From: Eledone cirrhosa
Taxonomy: Eukaryota
Assembly: GCA_964016885.1 (NCBI GenBank)
Contig: OZ024741.1
Coordinates: 276,644,001 to 276,708,000 of the forward strand
Length of the DNA stretch: 64,000 nt
Direction of reading: 5' to 3'
Of this stretch, positions 51,306-64,000 are shown piece by piece. Positions within the stretch are counted from its first letter, which is position 1. Each line of letters opens with the position of its first letter. A program made the translations under genes and the position numbers. Below the pieces are notes generated by a model. It was given only the letters and a program-made list of their open reading frames with translations. It was not told the DNA's origin and did not search any database.

Positions 51306-52538
51306 TAAATTTCAAATCATTTATATTAGTTCAGAATAATGAATTAATCAAAATGTATAATATTTCAGGCTATAAAAGTTTATAAATATCTAAATTAATA
51401 TTAAAGTATACTATCATATTTAATTTATAAAATCATATTTAAAGTATTTGCAAACATGTATATGCGTCGCACACAGGTATATGCGTCGCACACGATCCTA
51501 GTCGACAAACTTTTTCCACTTAACTTGATGTAAAACTTTACTAACAATGATTGTATTTATTATTTATTATATGTATATGGATCACTAATATTGTCTTGAG
51601 TTCCGAACAGAATACTCTATGTATATTTGGACAAATGTGTATATCTAGTATAATAACATGTTTCTAGCTACATTTATAATTACTTTAGATACTTAAGGAC
51701 ATTCTAGTGTTATAATTGTTAAATATTTTCTAAATTATATAACGATTATTATTTTTTAATTTAATTAAATTCGGATTACCTTCGGGTCAATGAAAATCTT
51801 AAGTTTTCTCTTTCTCATGTTTGCAGACACTTTAAATATGATATTATACTACAATATAGATCCTTAAATAAATTTTCTTGTATTTTTAAATTATAAAGCT
51901 TAGATATTTGGCACTTTTATGATCGCAAACAATTTACTTTTTTACTTTGAATCTGGTTCTTATCCTTATGATTCATGAAGTTTGATTTGTATATTTATAG
52001 TATATATGTATTACATGATCCTAATATAATAACCTTAATTTTTAACAATATTAACACTAAGCTATTTATTATATTATATTATATTATGTTACGTATAACT
52101 GACTAATATCGTCTTGAACTTTAGACAATATGCTCTTTGTATATATTTAGACAAATGCATATATCTAATTTAATAATACCCTTTTTTTAAGTTTAATTAT
52201 AAGGCCTTTAGATACTTTAAGGCATTCTAATTGTTAATTTAAAATTTTTTAAGTTATAACTAATTATTTTCTAAATTATATAATGTGAATTATTTCAATA
52301 TATAATTTTTTTAAAAATATAATATAAGATAATATAATTTAATATGGATTACCTTCGTGAGGATGAAAATATTAATTCTTCCTTCTCATGTTTGCAAATA
52401 CTTTAAATATGATTTTATAAATTAAATATGATAGTATACTTTAATATTAATATAGATATATATAAACTTTTATAGCCTGAAATATACATTTTGATTAATT
52501 CATTATTCTGAACTAACATAAATGATTTGAAATTTAAC
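51306..52538. repeat. AT-rich segment with ~150-bp inverted arms and an internal diverged ~300-bp direct repeat
   Basis: 51306-51459 is the reverse complement of 52387-52538; ~51560-51845 resembles ~52070-52412. Confidence 0.8.
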
Positions 52539-53162
52539 GGTCAGTCGGATACGTTTGGATATATATAGTGTATATAATTAATTGTTAGTATATTTCTAAT
52601 TAACTAAGGACTCGAAATTAAACCCTCATATAATTTACACCCAGATATATTTAATATTTAGATTGATGGATACTTCTAGATAATTCAATAATTCAAAGAT
52701 TTGAGTTTACACTTTCACAAAGCTATGCCTAAATGTATATTCATGTGTTTGTATAGATATATATAATTTTTGATTATCTAATCACACCCTATTCATCCAC
52801 GACAATACAAACCTCCCTCCCTATGCTTTATACTATAAAAATTATTACTCCTTGTCTCTCTATCCTTGAACAATTCTCTTTTACTTTCTATACTTCTAGT
52901 AACTATATTTTCTCCTCATCTGTTTCTCTCTGTCTTTCTTCTTTCTTCTTTCTTCAATAATTTAAATTATTTGAATCTATAACAGTTATGTAAATTGCTA
53001 TTATGTATTTTTAAGCTTTCTCACACGCACCCTCTGTATTATATGTAAATTTTTTCATGTCTCAATCTTAAGGTATATAAATATTGAGTTTTGTCACATC
53101 TTATTCACTACCATGACTGAATCTTAACCATCTACTATGTCAGGGTATGTCATGCATCATCT

Positions 53163-53229
53163 TATTTTGTCTGATGATGACGTACTGTTGAAATTAGCTC
53201 AGTACCTCTGAAATATGTATAATAAAATA
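53163..53229 (+). ncRNA. Type I hammerhead ribozyme in a PLE pLTR-like end
   Basis: tattttgt-CTGATGA-..gtactg/cagtac..-GAAA-t-atgt-ATA-ataaaata; GAGTGCT tail at 53302-53308; then (TA)n. Confidence 0.75.
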
Positions 53230-53365
53230 TGCTTGATCACACGAATGTCTATTTTGTTAATATTTTGAATTAATATTAACTCCGGAAAACCAAATCCTGT
53301 TGAGTGCTTCCAATCTATTGAAAAACTCATTCTTTTGATTTATTCATTGAAACTTGTTTAACCTT

Positions 53366-53520
<155 letters not shown>

Positions 53521-53791
53521 CTGGTATCTGGAAGATACGGGTTCAATTCCTCATAACCACCGATGACAACTTCTTTTTCGTCTTTAAGGGTCCTCACCCT
53601 ATTTTATGAGCTATTTTATAGCATCCTCGCATATGAGCACACCATTCATTATACTAATTATATATATACACACATACACACAGAGAAACGGGTAGAGAGA
53701 GGAAAAGAGATGTTTATGTGCGTGTGGGTTCGTGTTTATTTTAAGTCAACACGGTATGCATACAATTTTTAAATATACATTCACCTCTCTC

Positions 53792-53904
<113 letters not shown>

Positions 53905-53956
53905 TAATAAAAAAAATGAAATAAAAACAAAGAACAAGTTCCTTATATTAAAAAAT

Positions 53957-54092
53957 TCATCATTTTACGATCGTTTCTAGGATGTATATGTGTGTTGGTA
54001 TGTATATCATATAGATCTATGTAAAAATATTACAAATTATCAGAGGAAATATACATACCTTCACATATACATGCTGTCTTCAGAAATGATGA
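53957..54092 (-). ncRNA. Type I hammerhead with ~100-nt stem II
   Basis: Mirror of 54411-54546. Confidence 0.75.
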
Positions 54093-54410
54093 GATTTGTT
54101 TATTGAAAAAAACCAACAAAGACTTAATATAAAAGGTTTGTTTGGGAACAGGTTTTGAATTGACCAATAGAGAAGTAGTTAGAGGTCAAGTTGATAGAAT
54201 AGTGGTAGTAGACATTTAATTTAGGGGTAGAGGAGTGCAGACTTATGTTTTAAATGAAATGAATACTTTGAATGAAAAGAATACTTAAATTTCTACTACC
54301 AAATTCTATCAACTTGACCTCTAACTACTTCTCTATTGGTCAATTCAAAACCTGTTCCCAAACAAACCTTTTATATTAAGTCTTTGTTGGGTTTTTTCAA
54401 TAAACAAATC

Positions 54411-54546
54411 TCATCATTTCTGAAGACAGCATGTATATGTGAAGGTATGTATATTTCCTCTGATAATTTGTAATATTTTTACATAGATCTATATGATATA
54501 CATACCAACACACATATACATCCTAGAAACGATCGTAAAATGATGA
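54411..54546 (+). ncRNA. Type I hammerhead with ~100-nt stem II
   Basis: tcatcattt-CTGAAGA-cagc-atgtatatgtg..ggtatgtatat....atatacatacc..cacatatacat-ccta-GAAAC-gatc-GTA-aaatgatga. Confidence 0.78.
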
Positions 54547-54606
54547 ATTTTTAATTTAAGGAACTTGTTCTTTGTTTTTATTTCATTGTTTTTATTAATT
54601 TATATA

Positions 54607-54660
<54 letters not shown>

Positions 54661-55137
54661 CTAAGTATGTATATGTACATACATATATGTATACAGACGT
54701 ACCGTAGTATGTATATACATACATACATATATATGTACGTATGGGTTTACCGAACATCTATTATAATGTTCGGTTTGTTTGTAAGCAAACAGCCCGAATT
54801 AAGCCGTACAGTGTTCGTCAACCATCGTTGTCCTTTTGTTCAACACTGACAAAGGAACGATGAACTACTTTCTAGCTTATTGGCTGTCATCAGCACCGTA
54901 TACCTTCCTGTCAGTCTATTGAACGTTTGAAAGTATATACTTTCCTTATGCATATTAACGGCTGAGCAACCTAATTTGCATATCGAGTGAGTTAGTCGGC
55001 CGGGCGTACCGAAAACGGTAAATGGGAAAAATGAAATTTCATTTCTCACTCTTAGTACGGCTGATACTTAAATGTAAGTATGTATACGTACGTACATATA
55101 TGTATACAGACGTACAATAGTATGTATATACATACAT

Positions 55138-55205
<68 letters not shown>

Positions 55206-55344
55206 GTATGGGTTTACCGAACATTTATTATAATGTTCGGTTTGTTTGTAAACAAACAGCCCGAATTAAGCCGTATATATGTATGTATGTATATATATAA
55301 TGTTGACGAGAAAACAAGGGCGTGGTGGTGGTGGTGTTGGTGGT

Positions 55345-55460
55345 GTTTGTACACGTGTCTGTAGAATGCTCACCCACTTACACATTAATTTCATGAGCTG
55401 GCGATTCCGTTCCTCAAACAACTGGAGCACTCATCGTTGAAACCGACGGAGTTCCGTTCC
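55345..55460 (+). mobile_element. Fragment of a second SINE-like repeat (resembles octopus SINE 3' tails)
   Basis: CCACTTACACATTAATTTCATGAGC..TTCCGTT..CAACTGGAGCACTCATCG..AACCGACGGAGT; recognised from memory only. Confidence 0.5.
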
Positions 55461-55503
55461 ATTCTTTTTCATTAAAAACTACTTGACCCGTGCCGTCAGT
55501 AAT

Positions 55504-55651
55504 TGTTTCTACTTTTGGCACAAGGCCAGCAATTATCCCAGTGCATTACTGGTACTTTGTTTTATCGACCCCGTAAGGATGAAAGGCAAAGTTAACCTCG
55601 GCGGGATTTGATCTCAGAACGTAAAAGGCCATAACTCTATGCTGTAAAGTA
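55504..55651 (-). mobile_element. SINE with a 13-bp target-site duplication
   Basis: Same core as the other copies; TGCCGTCAGTAAT at 55491-55503 and 55652-55664. Confidence 0.9.
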
Positions 55652-56141
55652 TGCCGTCAGTAATGATGACAACAGTGTGGAACATATTTCATTTATAAGC
55701 CCAGGATTGTTGTCAGATATATGCCAGGATTGCTGGATATATGAATAATTATACAAGCTGGGATATTTGCATTTTGATAAATTAATGATTTACATAAAAG
55801 AAACCCAATGGTTTATGTTTATTACTGACATGTTAAAAATGGTATTTTAATAACTTATTTCTAGAATACAATTACATAGATGTTTAGCATATATGTACAC
55901 ATGACATGCAGGATTAAATGTTTAGGTAATTTTGGAGAAATAGTTATTTACATGGACAAATATAGGGTTAGGACATAGTGATTGGAAAGTGAACTTCTTG
56001 TGGCAACATCACGGAGACAGGAAATGCAATGTGTATGTTTTTGTGTAAATTTTAAAGAGTTTCATATGATTTCCTTCGAATGAAACAGTTCTAGTCCTGT
56101 AGAAGCCATTTCTATATTAAGTTTTGCTATATATATATACA

Positions 56142-56814
<673 letters not shown>

Positions 56815-56815
<1 letters not shown>

Positions 56816-56979
56816 TAGGTAATTCCGAAGGAAAAGCAAAGGAAAAAAGAGTGCTCTATGTATAGAACAGAGCTATTTAATTAGAAAGTGAACAACACAA
56901 AATATAACTACTCTATTATTGTCTGGGGTCCAGAAACCTTTGGTAATGGAGTAGTTATATTTTGTGGTCAATTTCTAAT

Positions 56980-56985
<6 letters not shown>
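56815..56985. mobile_element. Short PLE-derived palindrome with the 3' half of a hammerhead
   Basis: Inverted repeat ~56875-56983 (cacaaaatataactactctatta / taatggagtagttatattttgtg); GAAAC-ctttg-GTA; AGTGCTC at 56850-56856. Confidence 0.6.
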
Positions 56986-57050
<65 letters not shown>

Positions 57051-57099
57051 TTGTAATAATATCTCCTGCTACGTAAACAATTCATAGTGCATCAGATTT

Positions 57100-59985
57100 A
57101 AATTCCGAGCCGAGCAGTCAGGAGAACGGTTGTCTCTAACATGAGATTGTATGACGGGTGTCGGCGAAAGTCTCAATGAGGAAGCCGACATCCTGAGGAC
57201 CAGAATTCTGTCTGCAAAAACAACCACACGTATTGGATATTGGAACATAAGAACTATGTACCAACCATCCAAACTTGCGCAAGTTATCGGAGAAATGGAG
57301 GCCTACAAAATTAACATCCTGGGCCTCAGCGAGGTCCGCTGGACTGTTCTCAGGCCATCAGAACGGGACCCACCGAGATGGAGTTGCAATAATCATGGAC
57401 AGGGCTGCCAGTGGTGCCCTTGAGGAGTGGACTCCTATCAACGAACGCCTAATTCACCAGCAAGATTCACCACATCACATGCAAAGGTCACCATAGCTCA
57501 GTGCTATGCTCCAACCAACGAACATAACGATGATGACAAGGACGCTTTCTACCAGCAACTACAAGATGTTGTAAACAAAACCCCACGTCATGACATCCTG
57601 ATCATCATGGGAGACATGAACGCACAGATCGGGGGAAGCAGGGTTGGCTTTGAACATGTCCTTGGCCCCCATGCTTATGGAAACCGCACGGACAACGGGG
57701 ACAGGTTTGTCCAGTTCTGTGCCATGAACAATATGAAAATCGGCTCGTCACTATTTGACCACAAGAACATCCACAAGGTCACATGGGCTTCGAACGACCA
57801 CAGGACCAAGACGCAAATAGACCACATTGCGATTGGCCCAAGTTGGAGAGCTCCTTGCCTGCAGGACGTCTGAGTCTACCGGGGCGCAGATGTCTGCAGT
57901 GACCACTATCTGTCTGTTACCAAACTTAAAATCAGACTGAGGAAGCAGAAGAAGAGAGCACTCACTACAAGGCGTTTTGACACTACCAAGCTGAAGAACG
58001 GTGACACAGAAGCACAGTTCGAGGCTGCTTTGAGGAACAGATTTGCTGTCCTTGAGGAGTCTGCACCAGGCTCGGTCAATTGGTGGGAGGAAATGAAGAA
58101 GACCATGGAAGCTGCAGGGGAAGAAATCCTGGGCTACAGGAAGTCCCCCAGAGAAGCTTGGGTCAGCAACAACACCTGGCAGCTGATTGATGAAAGGAAA
58201 GCCCTACACCAGCAGAGGCATGTCACTACCCCAGAGGCCATCAAGGTATATCAGCAGTATGTTGACAAGGACAAGGAGGTGAAGCGCAGCGCCCAAAGGG
58301 ACAAGCGAATGTGGCTTGAGGGTAAGGCAGAGGAGGCGGAAGCAGCTGCGGCACGCAATGACATGCGCGCTGTGTACCAAATTGCAAAGAAAATCACCGG
58401 CAGCTCTAGAGCTAACTCAGGCCCGGTGAAAGCGAAAGATGGTACGCTGCTTTCCAAGGGTGAAGAAAAGTTAGTCAGATGGGCTGAACATTTCAAGGAA
58501 GTCCTCAACCGACCGGAGCCACGTATGCCAGCAGACACTAAGGAACCTACTAGTTTGTTACCTATCAATACTGATGACTTCACCGAGAAGGAAGTCCGAA
58601 TGGCCATCAAAACCCTTAAGAATAACAAGTCACCAGGTATGGATGGCATTTCTGCTGAAATGCTGAAGTCAGGAGGCGAAAGCATGGTCAAGTGGGTGGG
58701 CTACTTATGTAATATTGTGTGGAACACGGGTGAAGTCCCAGAAGATTGGAGAAACGGAGCGGTTGTCTGTATCCCCAAGAAGGGCAACCTTGCCGATTGT
58801 GACAACTGGAGGGGAGTGACACTTCTCTCCATACCAGGGAAGGTCTATTGTCTGATGATCCTGAACCGCATACGTTGCATGGTAGACTGGGAACTGCGAG
58901 AACAACAGGCAGGGTTCCGACCAAAACGTTCCTGTGCAGAGCAGATCTTTACGTTACGCCGCATCATTGAGAGGTACAACGAATTCCAGAGGCCCCTCGC
59001 CACCAGCTTCATCGATTTCTCCAAGGCTTTCGATAGCATTCATCGACCGTCACTCTGGAGCATCATGCATGAGTATGGTCTGCCCCAGAAAGTCATTTCG
59101 GCAATCAAACAGATTTACGCAAACTGGTTACTAAGAAGAGCGTCTAAAGACCAGGGTATATCTTGGGTGGGAGAGCAAAATTTGTCTGACCTGGACTTTG
59201 CGGACGATATTGTTGCACTTGCAGAAAGCACAGCTGACCTGCAAATCATTGTGAACAATATCAATGTCGAAGCAGGAAGCTTAGGTCTCAATATCAGAGC
59301 TAAGAAGACCAAAAGCATGTTATCTGGGACACACCCATCACCAACTAGTGTTTTCATTGAACAGGGGGAGGTGGAGATAGTGGACAACTTCACCTACCTA
59401 GGAAGCTCCATTGACAATGAGGGCGCCATGGACAGTGAATTGCAATGTAGAATGGGAAAGGCTTCAGCAGCATTTAACCAGCTTGTCAAGATCTGGAAGA
59501 GCAGGAAGTTCACCCTCAAAACAAAGATGAGATTCTACAACAGCAACGTGCTGTCCACACTCTTGTACGGAAGTGAAACATGGCACCTTAAGACCAGCTA
59601 AGAGAAGAAGTTGGACGCATTCGATTCCAGGTGTCTGCGAAAGATCCTGGAGATTAAATGGAGTGACCATGTAACAAACCAGGAAGTCAGGAACCGCACC
59701 AACCAGCAGCTAGTCTCTTCTACCATCTGCAAGCGATGCCTGGGCTGGTTTGGGCACGCTTTGAGACTTCCCCCGGAGAGACTGGCGAACCAAGTACTTA
59801 AATGGAACCCACAGGGAAGCAGATGGAGAGGGCGACCCAAAATGAACTGGCGCCAGACAGTTGAGAGGGACCTGCGAGCGACAAACAGACAATGGCGGGA
59901 CGCTGTGCAACTGGCTGCTGACCGAACGCGGTGGAACACTATGATTGCCTCATGCGTCGCAAGACGCGGGAGCTTCTGAGTCTGA
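57100..59985 (+). mobile_element. RTE-clade LINE, near full length, disrupted
   Basis: Single APE-RT ORF from 57151: GYWNIRT, GLSEVRW, QCYAPT, MGDMNA, QIDHI, SDH; KSPGMDGI, NWRGVTLLS, IDFSKAFDS, LDFADD, LLYGSETW. The QG..LSP segment is deleted near 59123; stops and frameshifts. Confidence 0.93.
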
Positions 59986-60090
59986 ATAATATATATATAT
60001 TGTTGTAATAATAATATATATATATTGTTGTAATAATAATATATATATATTGTTGTAATAATAATATATATATATTGTTGTAATAATATT
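59985..60090. repeat. 25-bp tandem repeat, four copies (TAATAATAATATATATATATTGTTG)
   Basis: Direct reading. Confidence 0.9.
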
Positions 60091-60374
60091 GCCAGAAATA
60101 ATAACAGAACACACTCACTGTTTGGCTGGTGTTCGCTTCGGTATCTTTTATATCTCCACAGTTAATTCATTTGGTCCTCAATGTTTACCATTGACTGACC
60201 AACGGTCAAAAATACAGATATAATATAGATATAAACACATATATATAGTCTAACAAAGTTCTTTCGTTGCACATCTGCAACATCATCATAATATATATAT
60301 ATAACAAAATTTAATATAAAAATGGCTGATATATATATATATATATATATATATAAGAAATTGAAAATGTAACT

Positions 60375-61160
60375 GGGGCCTTTTCTCGGACAGGCTAGCG
60401 CGCCAGCTTGACCAGCACCTCCTCGCATGTTTTCATGCTGTCTCGTAACCCCACAGCGATGCCTTTTTCCATGCCTTACTCTCCTTTTCTATTGGTACGC
60501 AGCTGGACAATGATAGCCTGCGCATCTGGGTTTCCCTGAGGCTTGGCCTCCGGATCTGCGAGTCACACAAATGTCGCTGAGGATCCACTGTGGACTCTTT
60601 CGGCCTCCACCCGCTTTCCTGTCGCTACAGTGCCGGCCGCTTTCCACGCCATGCTACTCTCAACAAGGTAATAAAGCATGACTTGGATGCTGCAGGCTTC
60701 CCCTCTCAGCTCGAGCCGATGGGGATGGACCGAGGAGACGGCAAAGGGCCTGCCGGCATGACCATCTTTCCGTTCCGCAGTGGTAAACCCCTCGTCTGGG
60801 ATGCCACATGCAACGATACATTCTGCAGCGGCAACTTGGTGCAGCCTGCGACTAACCTACGCTCTGCTACATTTTGAGCTGAGAAGGGTAAACTCTCCAA
60901 GTATCGGTCGCTCTCCGACAGGTTTGCAGTCGCGTCCCTAGCAGTGGAGACTTCTGGTGTCCTTGACCCTAGGACTACCTCCCTACTCACCACCATAGGC
61001 GCTGAGCTGGCTAGCCGCAGGTGTGAGTCTCACGAGATGGAATGGTTCTTCCAGCGCATGTCCCTCACCATCCTCCGGGAAAACGCCTCCTCTATTCTGC
61101 CCGCCGGGGCCGTGGGGCGGTCAGCACGCGGGACCCCGTTTTCTCATAATAGTGAGAGAT
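60375..61160 (+). mobile_element. CRE-like non-LTR retrotransposon 3' fragment (Zn knuckle + RLE)
   Basis: SLRLGLRICESHKC..VDSFGLHPLSC, RHATLN, LEPMGMDRGDGK(GPA)G, LVWDATC.DT, AVETSG, FQRMSLTILRENA. Confidence 0.85.
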
Positions 61161-61309
61161 GAGGAAGGTGAGAGAGGTGGAGGCGATGACAATGGGGGTT
61201 CGGCTCCTCTGTATTCGGACCTGGTGTACATGGGTATGTATGTTTACTTCTATTCATTCGATATGACAGTATCTACGCTCCCTACTTTCAAATACGTGTA
61301 CCTTCTTCT

Positions 61310-61390
61310 TTTTACTTAACATGTTTCTGGGTTATTACCCTTCATCAGGACTGTTGAAGGGTAATGTCCTAGAAACATGGTAAGGAAATA
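61310..61390. ncRNA. Head-to-head pair of minimal hammerhead motifs
   Basis: Minus: CTGATGA-agggt-aata-accca-GAAAC-at-GTT. Plus: CTGTTGA-agggtaatgtccta-GAAAC-atg-GTA. Stem I 5' strands are lost at the inversion point. Confidence 0.55.
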
Positions 61391-61486
61391 AATAAATATT
61401 CTTAAAAGACTCCAGCTGCATTTTCAGTTTCTTTTCCTTATACTTCCTCCCGTGTGGACACCTTTAAAAAAAAAGAAACCTCATTT

Positions 61487-61516
<30 letters not shown>

Positions 61517-61520
<4 letters not shown>

Positions 61521-64000
61521 AATAAACAATACAATATAATTACCTCATTACCAGAGGTTTCCCGAATAAGACGAATACGAAAAACGTCCTCATTCGTTCA
61601 TCGGACAAGGCAATTTAAAACTGAGTGAAATATTTGAAAAGTCTCCTCAAGAAAGGCAAGAGTGTAACGGGCAAAAAATATATAAATAAAAGTAATGCAA
61701 GAGATATATAAAAAAATAAGGAAATATAGTTAGGGTATGTGTATATGTATGTATATACACTCACAAATGTCCACAAATACGTATATAATATGAGTTGAAA
61801 AAGAAATTGTAAGATAATATAGTTAACACGCATCCAGATACAGGTATTAAATACACATACGAGTATGAAAGCACGCGTAAAAACACAAACACACGCACGG
61901 TCACTTATATGCGGAAGATAAAGTGGGAAGGGAGTGTAATAGTAAAAAGAAGTGTCATTCTCGATATATGTATAAAAATGAAACAATATATGAGAATGAA
62001 CATTTTTTAAATCAAAGAGAAAGTAATCAATTAACACTAGAAAAAAGAATGTAACCATAGGTACGCACGTACACACACATATATATATATATATATAAAT
62101 ATTTATACACACAAATACGTAGAGACAAAAGCGCATGCATGCGTACATACACACGAGGCACGTATATATATATATATCGCCACATGTATATCTAATCACA
62201 CGCACGTACGCGACCATACATATATATACATATATACATACACACCCATACATACGTATACATATACACACATATACATACACATACATTCACCCGCATA
62301 CATACACACGTATAAATAAGTATGTAAAAAACAAAGATATAAAAAAACATAGATATAAAAACACACATACACACACATATATATACGTACGCACGCACAC
62401 ATACGGAGGCGTTCATATACATATACAGAACGTATACACACATAAGCACACTCACACACATAGATACAGATTATAAATCAGCCGTATGAATAAATGAGTA
62501 CAAATATAAAATCGGCTGCGAAACAACAGAATATATCTGGAGTGGAAAAGGCAAGTGACATGTGGTATCAGGTAGTGAAAGAAAATGGAGAAGTAAAATG
62601 TGGAATGTGAAGATATTAGGTAAGTGAATCGAAAAGTAGGGGGAGGGGGTAACTGGTGGATGTGAAGTAAAAATAAAAATAAAATTAAAAATAAAGTTAA
62701 AAATGAAAGTAAATCAGAAAGAGAAGTCTGTAAAGAGGATAATTTAAGGAAAGTGAAGAATAAGAGTTTATGGAGGATAAGTATCTGAAAGTGAATTAAG
62801 TTTATATGAGCTGGAAAGCAAGTGTGATTTCATGTGTGGGCAACTGGTGAAAATTTCTGTTTTTGTATTTAGGCAGGTTTTTGGTGATTTAAGGTTTACT
62901 TTCATTTTTAACTTTATTTTTACTTCACATCCACCAGTTACCCCCTCCCCCTACTTTTCGATTCACTTACCTAATATCTTCACATTCCACATTTTACTTC
63001 TCCATTTTCTTTCACTACCTGATATTACTGGTCACTTGCGTTTTCCACTCCAGATATATTCTGTTGTTTCGCAGCCGATTTTATATTTGTACTCATTTAT
63101 TCATACGGCTGGTTTATAATCTGTATCTATGCGTGTGAGTGTGCATATGTGTGTATACGTTCTGTATATGTATACGAACGCCTCCGTATGTGTGTGTGTA
63201 TGTGTGTTTTTATATCTATGTCTTTTTATATCTTTGCTTTTTACATACTTATTTATACGTGTGTGTGTATGCGGGTGAATGTATGTGTATGTGTGTGTAT
63301 ATGTATACGTATGTATGGGTGTGTATGTATATATGTATATATATGTATGGTCGCGTACGTGCGTGTGATTAGATATACATGTGGCGATATATATATATAC
63401 GTGCCTCGTGTGTATGTACGCATCCATGCGCTTTTGTCTCTACGTATTTGTGTGTATAAATATTTTTTAGATATATATGTGTGTGTACTTGCGTACCTAT
63501 GTTTGTTTTCATTTTCTAGTGTTAATTGATTACTTTCTCTTTGATTTAAACATTTTTCATTCTCATATATTGTTTCATTTTTATACATATATCGAGAATG
63601 ACACTTCTTTTTACTATTACACTCCCTTCCCTCTTTATCTTCCGCATATAAGTGACCGCGCGTGTGTGTGTGTTTATACGCGTGCTTTCATACTCGTATG
63701 TGTATTTAATACCTGTATCTGGATGCGTGTTAACTATATTATCTTACAATTTCTTTTTCAACTCATATTATATACGTATTTGTGGTCACATATACATAAA
63801 TATACTTGCCCTCATGTATGTACTTACGCACACATTTTCACCATACACATGCATTTGTACATACACACATATGTACATTTGTGAGTGTATATACATACAT
63901 ATACACATACCCTAACTATATTTCCTTATTTTTTTTATATATCTCTTGCATTACTTTTATTTATATATTTTTTGCCCGTTAAACTCTTGCCTTTCTTGAG
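61517..64000. mobile_element. Large PLE-type inverted repeat (>1 kb arms), truncated by the window end
   Basis: 61646-~62712 is the reverse complement of ~62895-64000 with small indels; ~180-nt spacer; HHR at the outer end of the left arm. Confidence 0.85.
61538..61615 (-). ncRNA. Type I hammerhead with variant core CCGATGA
   Basis: aattgccttgt-CCGATGA-a-cgaatgaggacg...cgtcttattcg-g-GAAAC-ctctg-GTA-atgaggtaatt; 11-bp stem I including GU pairs. Confidence 0.65.

Noticed and set aside
60190-60255. CTGACCA...TAAAC...GTC hammerhead-like spacing
   Set aside because: Both core halves are mutated and there is no convincing stem II.

Overview
Gene-free, repeat-saturated eukaryotic genomic DNA. Dense (TA)n/(TG)n/(TTA)n/(TATC)n microsatellites, Meta/MESC-core SINEs and a CR1-type LINE tail suggest an octopus or related cephalopod (inference). 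No host protein-coding gene is supported. Contents: two clades of Penelope-like elements (Neptune-like at ~1-2.46 kb, Naiad-like at ~5.9-6.6 and 8.3-10.65 kb); a ~19 kb stack of microsatellite-targeting non-LTR retrotransposons (three L1/Tx1-clade copies plus one R4/Dong element around (TTA)n tracts) and a sister Tx1 fragment in (TATC)n; an RTE LINE; two CRE-like 3' fragments; a deleted mariner; several TIR elements; SINEs; and large minisatellites. The main signal not explained by the ORF track is a set of more than 10 type I hammerhead-ribozyme motifs, read by eye and not folded computationally. Most sit in short inverted-repeat (palindromic) PLE-derived insertions in (TA)n tracts that share a GAGYRCY-like tail motif; several palindromes carry a hammerhead on each strand, and one has a ~100-nt stem II. 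Also notable: two tandem Tx1 copies with near-identical ORF2 but divergent 5'UTR/ORF1, a candidate 52-nt intron that would fuse ORF1 to ORF2 in frame, and a Tc2-type TIR element carrying a piggyBac-like transposase N-terminus.
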